NCBI GenBank assembly: GCA_964035575.1
Contig: OZ037840.1
Coordinates: forward strand, 186,001 to 250,000
Origin: Rhynchopus sp. YZ270_cl-10
Lineage: Eukaryota
DNA: 64,000 nt
Direction of reading: 5' to 3'
A program made the position numbers and the translations under genes. The first letter of the stretch is position 1. Each line of letters opens with the position of its first letter. Positions 25,401-38,170 of the stretch are shown here, in pieces. The notes beneath the pieces were generated by a model. That model was given only the letters and a program-made list of their open reading frames with translations, ran no database searches and had not been told where the DNA came from.

Positions 25401-27845
25401 GATCAACGACATAATATGGGAAAAAAAAAACGATCGTTTTTTTTTTCCTTCACGATCGTGAAGAAAAAGGTGCTTTTTTTTCACGATCGTGAAGAAAAAA
25501 AAAAAAAAAAAAACGATCGTTTTTTTTTCTTCACGATCGTGAAAAAAAAAAAAAAAAAAAAAGACCGATCACTTTTTCCCAGATTCGTAAAAAAAAAAAA
25601 AAAAAAAAAAAACGATCGTTTTCACCCTATGTATTTTTACCGGTTTTTTAATGAGTACAACCTATGTCAGAGCACTCCGTTTTCTCTTGAATCTGTGACG
25701 CTTGTTGCTGAGAAACAGGGCAACAGCGCGTTCAAGCATATTCCCCATATTTTCAGTGTTAAACTCGTGGCGAAGCCACGGTACGCAACATTTCTAAAAA
25801 ATGCGCTTACAATTGCACTTTTTTTTACAGCCAAACTATGTCATGGAAAGGATGTAATGCAAGCTTGCGCCGCAGGCGCATGGTACGCTACTTTTTTCTT
25901 TGCCCTTATCCTTCTTTCTCACTCCTCATTGCTTCCCAAAGGTTCTGGCGAAGCCACGGTACGCAACATTTCTTTAAAATGTTGACATAAAATGGCACTT
26001 TTGTTGGTAACTATCGTCCAGTTCCGTAAATTTTACTTCCATATTTTGCTAAAACGAAAGTTTCTAGCGAAGCCACGGTACGCAACATTTCTAAAAATTG
26101 CGCTTAAAATTGCCTACTATGTCGCGGGAAGGGTGGGTTGAAAGCTCGCGCCGCAGTGCATCTTCCTTTTCCGGTAAAATAGAAGAAAATTGTCTTCTAA
26201 AAATAGAATTCTGTGGGGGGTAGGTGAGAGGTGGGCGGAGCCCCCACTCCTCACCTAACCCCACCCCAGCCTCAATCCAAAACCCTGTATTTTTTTTTTG
26301 GTATTTTTTGAGCTGAGATTTTCAAAAAATACCAAAAATACCAGGGTCAACCGCTGTGATGCTCATTGTTTAGAACACAGGGCTATTTCTAAATATGGGG
26401 TCCGGAGTCCAAAATCCAATCCGGGACACAATTTTGGCAGATTTATTTTGGGCCAAAAACGTCTTTATTTACATTTTTGGGATTCGCCCGTGCAGTGGTG
26501 GGGTCAATCTCGAAAATTGGATTTTTTGACCACTTAAATTTTGGGAAATATGAGCCCGGTCACTTATACGTGGGCCCATTTTCGGCTAAAATTTTCCTCA
26601 AAATCCGGGTTTGTAAAATTGACCCTTCTGTGAAGGAAGGTTGTGGAAAAGGGTCCTTATTTGCATTTTTGGAAGCCGCCCGTGCAGTGGTGGGGTCAAT
26701 TTGCAGAATTGGGCAAGTTCTTGCAAGACAACGGGTAATGTTTGTTAGATCTGAGGAGGGAAGGGGAGCGTTTGTAGCTCACACAGCACCCCAAACCCTG
26801 GCCTCTCTGTCCACAGCACACAGCTCTTCCCCTGAGTTCCATTTGTGCCTCAACATGCTGAGCGCATCTTCAGTACGATGGGTGGATGAGCGAGAAGAGG
26901 CGCAACTGGCTAGTTGCACCAAAGCTGCACAAGCTTGTGGTCGTAGCACGCAGTTTGCGCGAGAGCAAGCCGCCACAAGAGAATGGTTGCAGGAGGAGAA
27001 GGAGCGTGCGGGAGCTATATTGACTGCGACGCGACAGCTGAGGACCCCAAGGTTGATGATGATGCTGAGCATCACGACTCTGACATCAGTGAAGGCTCTT
27101 GGGACTAAACGCATACAGTCTTGTCCGTACCCATTTCTCCCACACAAGTCACCACCCCCTTGTGACTTGCCTGTAACAGTGGAAACGTTTCCCTCCCAGC
27201 CGCAAACCCGTTCAGTGTATCGTGAGCCACTGCAGTGACCCACTCACGCTCGACCCTGTCCCTCCTTGTAAACAGTTCGCCTTCTCCTACGTTGTGCTAA
27301 GGAAAACCAAAAAACATGCTCAAAAATGATGGGCACGGGGGTCAGACTCCACTTCTGACCACCTAAAATTAGGTCATACACGTGTTATACCCCAAACTGA
27401 CCAAGAAATTTTCCCAGTGTTCGATGGTGATCGAATTAAATCGGTGGTAAAAAGTGAAAAATGGGGCATGCCAGGCCCACGTCAATCAGCCTAAAAATGT
27501 TGCAACTTTAAACGCGCGTCTCTCCCGTACACCAATATACACTTTTTAACACATACAGTACAGCAAGGGAAAACCAAGGGATTTTACCCTGTGTTCTCCT
27601 TGTTACGGCTGCACTAACCTAATCATCAAAACTGCTCGATTTTGGCTTTATCTAAAAGATCGACATCAATTCTTACGAAATATAATTTATTTTACGATTT
27701 TGAGTAGAATTCTGTTTGCAGGGCGAAGTCACGAGGCAGGGGGTGATTTTGGGGGTGAGCGCCAAAAAAAGTCCTTTTCCTAGGGTTGACCCACCTCCCT
27801 CCAGCATCCAACGATATGACATTTTCACGAAAGTTGTCGATTCTT

Positions 27846-28720
27846 CACGTATGGCAAATGATAATTTATTATGAGATCTCATAATAAATTATGAGATCAT
27901 TATGCGCTATTATGCGCTATTATGCGCGCTCATAATAATCGCATAATGCATAATAGCGCATAATAGCACATAATAGCACATAATAGCGCATAATAGCGCA
28001 TAATGATTATGCGCTATTATGTGCTCATTATGTGCTCATTATGTGCCCTACCCCAATGCCCCAAACCAGAAAATACCACCCTCAGATGTCCAAAAATCCA
28101 TCTGCGCCCGGTTTTGAGCAGTTTTGAGCCTCAAGAAGCCCCGTATCTGCTTTTTTCAAAAATGTACATACAACTTGTACCTGCCCACCCCTCGTAGATA
28201 GAGCAACTCACACATCCATCACGCCTCAGTGTGAGCCAGGGGCCAGAAAAGCCCCCAAAGCCACATATTTTCACCCCAGAACCTATCCCGAGGGGTACCC
28301 AGGCGGTTTCGGGGTGTTTAGAGGGACTTGGTGGAACTTAGAACCATGTTTCAAAAAGTGTCAAGCACCTGGTACCAAAGGTTTTCCCACCCAAGGTATC
28401 TTAAGCCGTCAAAAAACGTGAAGTAGGTAATAAATCAAAGAAACCCCCCTGAAGTCAATAAAAACCACACCATAGGCCCATTTGTACCCCAAAATTGAAT
28501 TCCGCCCGGTTTTGGGCACTTTTGACCACTTCTGAGCGACTTTTTTTGGGTGGGGGGGGTGGGGGGTACGGCACATAATGAGCGCATAACGCCGCATAAT
28601 TGGCGCATAATAGCGCATAATAGCGCATAATAGCACATAATAGCACATAATAGCGCATAATATCACATGTATTATGAGATCTCATAATAGCGCATAATAT
28701 ATTATCATTTGCCATACGTG
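27846..28720. mobile_element. Family A MITE, mirror copy within outer H
   Basis: Reverse complement of 21583-22457 with TSD ATTCTT. Confidence 0.92.
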
Positions 28721-31700
28721 ATTCTTGCCTTATTATTGTCACACAGAAAAAAAATGTTTTTACGAAAATGCACGGTGGAGTGTGACCAAAATGGCCGGAC
28801 CCTTTTGGCCGGACTAAAGGACGGACCCCTGAGTCCGGCCAGGCGGACCCCCGAGTCCGGTTGGCCGGACCCCGAGTCCGGCCAGGCGGACCCGTGGGTC
28901 CGCCTGGCCGCCCCAGGTACCCAGGCACCCAGGCACCCAGGCACCCAGGCACCCAGGTACCCAGGTACCCAGGTACCCAGGTACCCAGGTACCCAGGTAC
29001 CCAGGTACCCAGGTACCCAGGTACCCAGGTACCCAGGTACCCAGGTACCCAGGTACCCAGGTACCCAGGTACCCAGGTACCCAGGTACCCAGGTACCCAG
29101 GTACCCAGGTACCCAGGTACCCAGGTACACGGTACACTGTGTACAAGGAAAAAAGTCGTGAAAGAGCAACCACAGCTCCACATGACAAACACAAAAGTGT
29201 CCAGTCACGTGGGGCATTCATGCACTGAGGAGATAATGATCCAACAATTTACAAGAAAGATTACTTAACCTACTGCTGGAAATTGCCAGGTCGTAGTAAC
29301 ACACAAAGTGTGCCTCCGTTCGGGAAGACCGGATATTCTAGAGACCAAAAAGGCCTCAATAATATCTTCCGGTAGTCAAGGTAGAACCGAGTGAACGGCC
29401 CAAGACCCCCGTGGAGAAGTTAAATGTTGTAATGCTATCAGGTAGAAACTGCGAACACTGTCTTACCCTCCTCAATGCATGGTGGTTGATGTCTTCCACA
29501 ACAAATTTCCTGTACCCAGGTACCCAAATTCCCAGACCCACGCAGTACCACGTCGCAGTACTACGCAAAATTTACCACCAGACCCTGTCTTCGTGCACCT
29601 TAAGTACAACGCCGCAGACAGGCCAAACATGCGTTGGACTCAGAGGAATGCCCGCTGTGCAGGTATCAATGAGAACCAACTCCCAGCAACAAGGGGCGCC
29701 TTTTGGCGGGCGTTGTTGAGGGTGTTTGGGGTGCAAAGTTTTCCACAATTTTGATGCGCGGGTACAGAAGTGTTATCTTGTTCTTTCATCTCTAGAAATT
29801 TAAATGTTCAATCGCGTTTAACTACCACGAGGGCTTGTTCAGTGAACCCACGAGGGGTCGAAGGGGGTTGGTTATCCCATATCTATCAAAGGTTGTGTCG
29901 ACCAGGCGAATCCACTATGTTACGCTGTACGTTGTTAAATCCGAAGAAATAACGCTTTAGCAGCCGCAGGAAGTTTGTTAAAAAGAGTGCCTCACGCTAC
30001 ACAAACCACCACCCGCAATTGACTTAGATGATAACTAGAGAATTCAGAACAAAACAACACCCTGCCCCATACACACTAAATTGTCATGCTTCAAGAACAT
30101 GCCTGGGCCAAAATTACTGTGACAAAAAAGGCAACAAGACCACCCACAAGGAGTGTGAAATGTGCACTGGTTTTCTGGGGGAACGCAATATTTTCTTGTG
30201 CCTCGTCCTCCGTAAGCAGAGGACAGACTTTCCGGAAGGTTTCCAAAGTCGAATTTCTTGCACTAGCTATGCTCCCTGGGTTAAATGGCAATAGCAGTGA
30301 CTGACAAAGTGTTCCCACCCCCCAGGTCTTCGTCCACAAACCCAGAATAGATTGATGTGGGTGAAGCCTTTCGGATTTTTAAGTTGTTGATAGAATGTCG
30401 AAGAGCGGCGAAACTTCTCATCGCAATCACGGATGCAGTTCAGATTTCACGATCCTGTGATGAGTGTAAATGTGGGGTATGATTAAGTTATGGTGTATAA
30501 ACGCAGTACTGTAAAATCGTTTACAATTCTTCCGTCCCTAATACAGAAGAAAGTATCACTCAAGGCTGTACTTTAAAAAGTAGACACAAAAAATACCCAC
30601 AAACATAAATTAAATCATCACGTAATGTGAGGGGGTGACAAAATCCATTTACTGACTGATATTTCAACTCGGTTAATTAGGGTGTGACAAATTAAACGAT
30701 TTTACAGTATTAAAGATGAGGTTAATGAAGAGAGTGGTAATAACTATGCATTGCCGTGAAATAAAGTAGCCTTTTTTTTACACTACAGCGGGTTTCCTGC
30801 TGCACAATGGTTCCCAAGCGAAGCGAGGGGACCATGTATAAGTATTTACCGAGCGAAGCGAGGTGAATATTATGTGCAGCAGGTAACGAGCACGCCTGCA
30901 GAAGTTAAAAAACGGATGCCTTATGACAAGCAATACGTAAGTTTATTCCGATTACACAAAGTAGGGGTAGTCTACAAGCACCAGCCAAAAAGAGTGAGAT
31001 GGGTGATCAGGGAAAACAAACACCACCACACAACAACTTGACAACCACTTAAGGAATGAATCTACACTAGTGCCTGACAGTTAAACATATTTACATACCT
31101 TGTCTTCATCGTAACCTGTGCCTTCGCTGCTGTCAAGGTGCCTTCTCTGGGTACAGTGCCCAGTGTCCAGTACAGAAAAAAAATTCGTCTAAAAAATCGA
31201 GTACGCAAAACCACATTTTAGACATTTTAGACCCCTACAGAGGCTCAAAAGTGCCAAATTTTGCTTTTTATGGCCTCAAATCGTCAAAATTAGCTACTAC
31301 AGTACACGGGGTATGACCGTATTTTGGCTGAAATTTTGACTTGAAAATTTTTTTCAACATTTGCCCAATCTGAGGTTTTCTTTGGATTTTTTGGGCCATT
31401 TTATGACCTACCACGGCCAGTTTTGGGCAAAAAAGTTATTTTTTCTTTGGTCAAAAATCGCCTTGTCTAACCACTGTTTAGTGTAGTATAGTTCAAATAC
31501 GTGTATTTGGTGAAACCCCAGATGGTCAAAACACCCGAATTTTGCGTTTTTTTGCATTTTTCGGTGCCCCAAGACCCAACCCAGAGGCCAAATTTTTCCC
31601 GAAAAAAAAAATTTTTTTTTTCAGATTTTTCGATTTTTTGCTAAGGCGATGGCCCATACAAAATGTACAGAGTGCACACAAAATTGCCGTCGAATAAATT

Positions 31701-32231
31701 CTAGATGCTCTAAACTGCTCGTAAGTGCCTTTATTTGCATTTTTAGTCCAGTTTTGAGGTCATATGGACCCAAAATCGTTTCAAGGAAAAGAGTCGGTCA
31801 AAAAGTCCAAGTAGAACCCAGAAACTCTCCCTTGCCACCCATTTCACGCCCATGCCCCTTGTACTACTAGGGGAAAAAAAAAAAACGATCGTGAAAAAAA
31901 AAAACGATCGTGAAAAAAAAAAAAAAAATGTCAAGATCTTGAAAAAAAGTTCAAGATCTTGAAAAAAACCGTCACGATCGTTCTCACACTATGTTTTTTT
32001 TTTGAGATTTTTGAAAAATCGGCCGATTTTGTGACCAATTTTGGCTGGGGAATTTCGACGACCAAAGGGTCCCCCCTGTGGAAAAAAACGCGAATTGGCG
32101 CGAATTTCATACCCTAATCGTGTCGCGAAAATTCGCGCCAATTCGCGTTTTTTTTCGCGAAAAAACGGCTAAGTACAAAACGCGAATTGGCGCGAATTGG
32201 GGCAACCAGGGGCGAATATTAGGGTACCTCC

Positions 32232-33730
32232 ATTTGTTCCTGGATAAAGCCCGTGAAAGATGGGCAGAAAGACCGTGAGTTCGTGGCACCTAAACAGGCG
32301 AAGGGATACGTGTTGGGTGAAGGTCAGGGGGGCAGGCACCGATGGGTGCAGTCCTAGGGTAGGGCTCTCTGCCTTTAGCAGAGTGTTGTGGAATAGAAGA
32401 AAATACGCGAGAGACTCGTTACTCTTTGCTTCTTGCTCAAAAGGCTAAAGGGAAGGGGGGAGAGGTAGAGGTTGTTTGTTGTTTGCTTCCACTCTTTTTC
32501 TCGACTTGATAACGGTAAATCGGCAGATCTACGGTATGAAATGTGTTTGTGTGAAGTACAGAAAGTGTCGTGGAGCACAGGGGCGAAGAGAGGGGGGAAA
32601 CAAGCGGGGAGGTGGATACGCAGACGCGTGACTGTTCACGAAGGTTTCGAGCATTTGGTCATATACTACGTGTGTACTATAAAAAGAGGTTGCGCCAGAT
32701 ACTCAACGTTTCTAGTACGGCCACATTATTTTACTTAACACGACACTTTTGCATTCGCACAAAAGACACGATGAGAGGGTTACGCCAACACACACGCTAC
32801 ACAGGTATGGGGGCAGTGCGTTTGGCTGCCAAAGAACAGCTCGAGGTGGGGGTCATGACTCATGAAGGTTGCTGGATATGTTCTGATGTACTGCAGAACT
32901 CCAAATATGTTTGGCACACAAAAAAGTCGCCACATTACCAAAAAATATAATTGCCAAATCTGCAAAACTTATTTGGACCCCACTTTAGTTAGAGTACTGC
33001 ACTGTGCATCAGAAATCAACGTCAATAGGGACTTAGGAGGAGGGCAGAGTTGCACTGCGTCAACTGATGAAGACGTCAAATACGGACTGGTGCCAACAGG
33101 CTGTGTCACGTATCAACATCTGGAGAAAAATACTCGCACCCTTTATAACCCTGAAGGCCCACACTTCTCAGCAACTGTTGTGCTACCAACTGGAGTTGGT
33201 AGCACAATAGGTCTTTGTTAGTGAAGGAAGTAAAAGGAAAAAAGAGGAAGAAAAATAATAAGTTGCGAGCGCAAACGCCTCACCGTACACCGGCGGCAGT
33301 AGGCACTGAAAACAAAGGGAAAAGAGGAAAAAAGGGAAATGATAAGAAGAAAGAGAACATTATTTCATATGTCACGCAAAAAAGCAGAAAAAGGGAAACT
33401 GATATGAAGCAAAATAACAAATTTTGAGCATATATTTCACGCAAAAAAAGGGGGGGAGGGGAGAGGGGGGATACTCAGACGGCACACCTTATCCCGCAGA
33501 GTGTGGCAGAGATGAGACATCAGTAACTCTGGCCTGACCAAGTGTTTTATTTTCGTATGACAATGTGACAACAGTCAGCCACCCTATAGATGGTCAGCAC
33601 GCATGTTTTTCATTATCTGCTGATGCCACGCAAGCAGTCAGCACTGTCCAGGTTTCGCTCCACATTACAAAACAAGTGCGGAGAAAGCCACTCCAAACGG
33701 ACGAAGCTCAGCATCTGTCGCATAGAAATT
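32232..33730. repeat. Intergenic spacer duplicated with the cyclase gene unit (homologues ~35850-36260 + 42995-43780 and ~45970-47230)
   Basis: Long shared blocks, e.g. TTTTACTTAACACGACACTTTTGCATTCGCAC and GACGGCACACCTTATCCC, occur in three spacers. Confidence 0.85.
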
Positions 33731-33732
33731 TG

Positions 33733-35514
33733 CTACATGCTTTGCAAAAGTGATTTATCATCTAAGATAGAAGCCTTCACCTCTGATCCCCTGGCTCTCA
33801 CAGGCAAGTACAGAACATCACAGCCCCCAGAAGACGCAACCACGTTCACAGGTGTGTATGCTGGTCCCTTCCTCTCAGCTGCCGCAACATCTTCTGCAGA
33901 GCACTCTCCCCTCATGAAGCTGCGCACTGCCAAGTTGTAGTCCTCCCAGTCCTTCTTCCCGCCAACCACGTACATCCACTCGTCCACCACTGAGGCAGCC
34001 CTGGCTCCTTTTGGAACAACCAACTCAGCAACAACCTCCGCATCACAGCTGGCAGCAAGCTCGATCTTGCAGGGGATCAGACGCAGTTGGTGTTCGCACT
34101 CAGCATCGCTGAAGCAGAGGCGGTTGCACAGCACACTGCACCCCAACACACGGCCAGCACGTTCCAGCACGTTCACGTCATTCACCAGTGTGCCCACCAT
34201 GCTGAAGCGGCGCATCACTTCACACCCCATGTCACCACGCAGCACCTTCCCAGTCGCAACTCCCATGTTCACATGTGGTGCAATGTTGTTGTCATCACCA
34301 CACAGCAGCAATGTGGCAGCGTGCAGTGCTGAGGTTGCGTGTGGTGCACACTGCTTCGACGTGTTGAACGAGCAGTGGATCCTGTCCCCAACAAAGACGT
34401 CCACCATCCCACGACGCACTTCTGTTGCCTGCAACGTCTTCAGAAGAAGAGTTGTGAACAGGTCGGAGAAGCGTGCACTGTCCTCCTCCACGAGGTGCAA
34501 CGTGTCTTTGATGTTCAGTGTCAGCAGCGTTGCCTTTGTTGAGGACAGGCCCAGTGGCTGTGCACGCATCGCTGTCACCGGCAATGCAGCGCTCTGTGAG
34601 CTGTCGGTACCTGAAACAGATGACCAACCCACAGAGGACTCTGAATCTTCGTTCACAATCTCCTTGTCAAACGGCAGACACGTCTGCGGGAGGTATGCCT
34701 TGTACTTCCGCAGGTTCTCCTCTATACTCTGCAGTGCGTCCCTCATCCCCTCAGGCAGCGCAGCCTCGTGAACCTTCAGCATCTCCGCAACCCCCTCCAC
34801 GTCGTACCCCGCAAGCAGCGACGCAATCTCCTGCACAGTGCTGATCGTCCGCTCCATTGTTGCCTGCTCCTTCAGGATCGCCGTTGCAAACCCTCTCGTT
34901 GCGATGAAGTCCCCAACAAACACCAGCACTGCGCCGAAGGTCTCAGTAACAGCAGGTTTGGCACACGGGAGCTTATCACAGTTGGTCATCTCCTCAAAGT
35001 AAGCCCTCCTCCCGAACTCACCATCCTGCGGCACAAGACCAGGTAGGTCCAGAAGGCCAAACCTGAAGGACACCTCCGCAGTCATGACAGCCAACCACAC
35101 GAGCACAACACACACCAACCCAGCGGTGTAACGTGTGGGCACCCGCATTACGAGCAACAGGTCGACAACGAGCACCAGTGGTGCCCAGTATGTATCACCG
35201 TTGCAACGAGCAACCAGATCGGCACAACATACTATCAACGCAACCATATAACCAACGCCAAGCACGACAGCTGTCGTCAACTTCTTCTTGCACAAGATGT
35301 GCACCACCGAAAACAGTGACGTGACCGCCCCTCCTATCGCAGACCACCTACGCAGCCCGCCGTATTGGAAACCGCTTGCCGAGATGAACAACATAAACAC
35401 AAACGCCATGAAGTTGATCGCAAAGAACATCTCCCGCTTCCTCCTCTCCTTTGCGTCAAGTGTGCCATCCAGCGTCAGTGCACCCTCAACACAACGTGGC
35501 CACTGCAGCTTCAT
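33733..35514 (-). CDS. 6-TM pseudo-cyclase, paralog 3 (593 aa)
   Basis: Same architecture; MKLQWPRC ATG at 35514. Confidence 0.85.
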   Translation of the reverse strand: MKLQWPRCVEGALTLDGTLDAKERRKREMFFAINFMAFVFMLFISASGFQYGGLRRWSAIGGAVTSLFSVVHILCKKKLTTAVVLGVGYMVALIVCCADLVARCNGDTYWAPLVLVVDLLLVMRVPTRYTAGLVCVVLVWLAVMTAEVSFRFGLLDLPGLVPQDGEFGRRAYFEEMTNCDKLPCAKPAVTETFGAVLVFVGDFIATRGFATAILKEQATMERTISTVQEIASLLAGYDVEGVAEMLKVHEAALPEGMRDALQSIEENLRKYKAYLPQTCLPFDKEIVNEDSESSVGWSSVSGTDSSQSAALPVTAMRAQPLGLSSTKATLLTLNIKDTLHLVEEDSARFSDLFTTLLLKTLQATEVRRGMVDVFVGDRIHCSFNTSKQCAPHATSALHAATLLLCGDDNNIAPHVNMGVATGKVLRGDMGCEVMRRFSMVGTLVNDVNVLERAGRVLGCSVLCNRLCFSDAECEHQLRLIPCKIELAASCDAEVVAELVVPKGARAASVVDEWMYVVGGKKDWEDYNLAVRSFMRGECSAEDVAAAERKGPAYTPVNVVASSGGCDVLYLPVRARGSEVKASILDDKSLLQSM

Positions 35515-36494
35515 TGCAACAACCCCAGCTGTCTGTGTCAAGAATGCGACAGCCGCTTGGTCGACCTTTTCCTTTCTTCTGGTGTACAAACTGTGTTTTA
35601 CCTGAGGGTGCAGTGTGGCAAGGAAGATGAACATAAAGGCGGACAATACACAACAGACGTTTCGTTGCTTTCACAATCACATCACTGAGGTGTGGGTTGT
35701 GTCCTCAATGCAGGCCGACGCCTGCAACCGCCTACCTCACGGTGATGACCAACGAAGCTGAAGACGCGGAGAAGAACCCGCACGTGGCAGTGCTTGCACT
35801 GGTAGACAAGCTCGCCACAGTAACCCTTTTTCACGCGTTTATCTCGTTCAAACCCGTAAACGAGGGGGGAAACAAAACATCGGGGGGGTGACCAAATTTT
35901 GAGATACAAATACTAGCGGAAGCCCTGGGGGGGGGGGGGGGGGGGAATTATTAAGAGAGGAAAAAAGAAAGCCATAAACAAATTCAGAACAGGAAACAGA
36001 TGCACCGTGTTGGGTGAAATGGGAGGCCAAAAAACAAAGTTGCGCCAGATTTGCAACATTTTAGTAAGGCCCAATATATTTTACTTAACACGACACTTTT
36101 GCATTCGCACAAAAGACACGATGAGAGGGTTACGCCAACACACACGCTACACAGGTATGGGGGCAGTGCGTTTGGCTGCCAAAGAACAGCTCGAGGTGGG
36201 GCTCATGACTCATGAAGGTTGCTGGATCGTATGTTCTCATGTACTGCAGAACTCCAAATATGGGTCCGTCCATAAACCATCCCAGGCAGATGCTAACTTG
36301 TAAGCTTCCTAATATCCCAATAATTAGTATTCTGTTCTTGTATGCAGTAAGACAACAAACATAGGAGGGGGGGAAAACACTCCTTAGAGTTTTGAAATCT
36401 CAAAATCCACCTCAGTTTTTACCCCACCGGTGTTTGTTGTCGCACTGTAAGATTTCTGACCATTAGCAAATAATTTCCACTCCCCCCCCCCCTT

Positions 36495-38133
36495 TAGGGG
36501 GGGCCACGTATAAGGAATTCCTTAAGGATTTGCTGTCCAAAACCCATTTTTTTGAAATTTAGGTGAAGAAATCCACTAAGGTGGGCGTGCCTGGCCGCAA
36601 ATCGCCCTGGGGATCACCCAAATATCCCATTAAACCACCTGACAACCTCTACAGAGACTTTCCTGGTTAAAAAAAATCGGTTTTTTGTGAAAAATCTCCA
36701 AAAATGGCGTCACCAGATCGTCACCAAGATGGCCAAAATGCAACACTTACCAAAAAAATTTTCCAGTCAGACAAAATTCCTTCTAAACACCCGAAAAACA
36801 CCTCGGTCCACATCCGGTGGGGTCCCAGGGTGGAAATATATGGTTTTTACAGCTTTTAGGGGTCCTGTGGGGGCCCCAGATGCATTTTGCAGTGGGTGTG
36901 TGTGCCCCAAACGCTTAAAAGTACCCTTTTTTTAGTCATTTTTTTGACTTTTTTTGTACCTGAAAACCCCCAAAAAAGTGCTAAGGCAGTCGGAATGGTG
37001 TCCAAACACCCAGGAAAATGTCCCCCAGACCTCATGTAGGGTGAAAAATAGCATTTTGGGCACTTGGGAGGGTTTTATAGGCCATGCAACACTTTTGCAA
37101 CACTTTCGCAACGGCTATGCAACGCCTAGCAGAAGACCATTTATGTACCAAAAAAAAATAATTTCAATTCATTCAAAACACCCAAAAAAACACCTCAGTC
37201 CACCTCCAATGAGGTCCCGAGGTGGAAATGTGTGGATTTTGCAGCTTTTTGGGGTCCCTAGGGGGTTTTTGAGGGTGTTTTTTGCGTCTGCAACGCTTAA
37301 AATAACGGTATTTCCTCCCCTTTTTTGACGTTTTTCGCACCCAAAACCCAAAAACCCAAAAGGCGTGTTCAGGCAGTCGCAGAAGTGTCTAAATCCCTCC
37401 GAACTGCCCGACAGACCTCCTGAGCTGTGTAAAATCGTACTTGCAACACTTGCTAGGACTTTTTTGGTCCCTGAAAATGACAACGTATCCTGTGCCTAAG
37501 TGCAGTAAAGCCTTGCTTGCCTCCTCCCATAACCAATGATTCGTGTGAATCCGTTGTCGGCGTCCTTGACCAAGTTGCAAGCCACCACGGAAGGAGCCAG
37601 CACCCCGACAACACCGCCGCACTGAGGTTGAAACCTAGACATCCTCTACAGTCTAGGTTGGGTTCCGTCTCTCTCAAGGGAAGAACTTGCCGCAGGATAC
37701 ACCAAGCGCACCACAAAGGCAGTTCCATGCAAAGCACCCAGAAGTAGCAACTTGAAAAGTACAACACTAGAGTGCTTCATCTCTTCACAAAGACAGAGAT
37801 GCAGGAATTTGCGGAAGATTGTACACCCCTTGACGACGAAGACACCGGTACGATGAATAAGGAGCCTCTGGTCGCTATGCTGTCTCAGTGAGCAGTACAG
37901 GGATTCTATAGGCATATTAGGGGGTATAATTCCATGGAAAAAGGCGGAAAAAGCGGGAAAAAACACCAAAAAATCAGGAAAAAGTACGAAATAGTGCTCA
38001 AAAGTGTGTTTTTCGTGGTTTTGGGTGATTTTTTGGGGGTTTGGGGGGATTTTTGGGTGTTTTTTCGGGTTTTTCGCGGGTTTTTACGAAAAAAGTGGTT
38101 TTGGACAGCAAAAACGGCCGGACGGCCCCCCCT

Positions 38134-38134
<1 letters not shown>
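36495..38134. mobile_element. Element D, relative of foldback C, with a possible transposase relic
   Basis: TAGGGGGGGCC...GGCCCCCCCTA ends; first ~380 bp similar to 7130-7510; internal PITNDSCESVVGVLD (~37520-37570) resembles a DDE catalytic-Glu region. Confidence 0.7.
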
Positions 38135-38166
<32 letters not shown>

Positions 38167-38170
38167 TAGG

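Larger units (their letters stand above)
17916..25631. mobile_element. TIR element H, inner inverted copy (7.7 kb) inserted in the outer copy
   Basis: Same two ends in swapped order; TSD TATTTT at 17910-17915 and 25632-25637; the unduplicated target is visible inside the inner copy at 24666-24671 (AAAATA). Confidence 0.9.
16952..31993. mobile_element. TIR element H, outer copy (~7.3 kb without its insert)
   Basis: Ends CATAGGGTGAAAACGATCGT and ACGATCGTTCTCACACTATG; T-runs on both flanks, compatible with a TTTTTT TSD; ACGATCGT subterminal repeats. Confidence 0.85.
14360..32231. mobile_element. TIR element J (~2.1 kb core, 3-bp TSD) inflated to 17.9 kb by nested insertions
   Basis: TIR GGAGGTACCCTAA / TTAGGGTACCTCC; TSD ATT at 14357-14359 and 32232-32234; empty site GTAGAAGGATTTGTTCCTGG in the paralogous spacer at ~45966-45985. 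Confidence 0.88.

Noticed and set aside
18525..31771. Giant inverted repeat as a pure assembly fold-back artefact
   Set aside because: Exact TIR junctions, a TSD, a 386-bp indel and a one-unit satellite difference fit a real insertion better, though reads are needed to exclude it fully.
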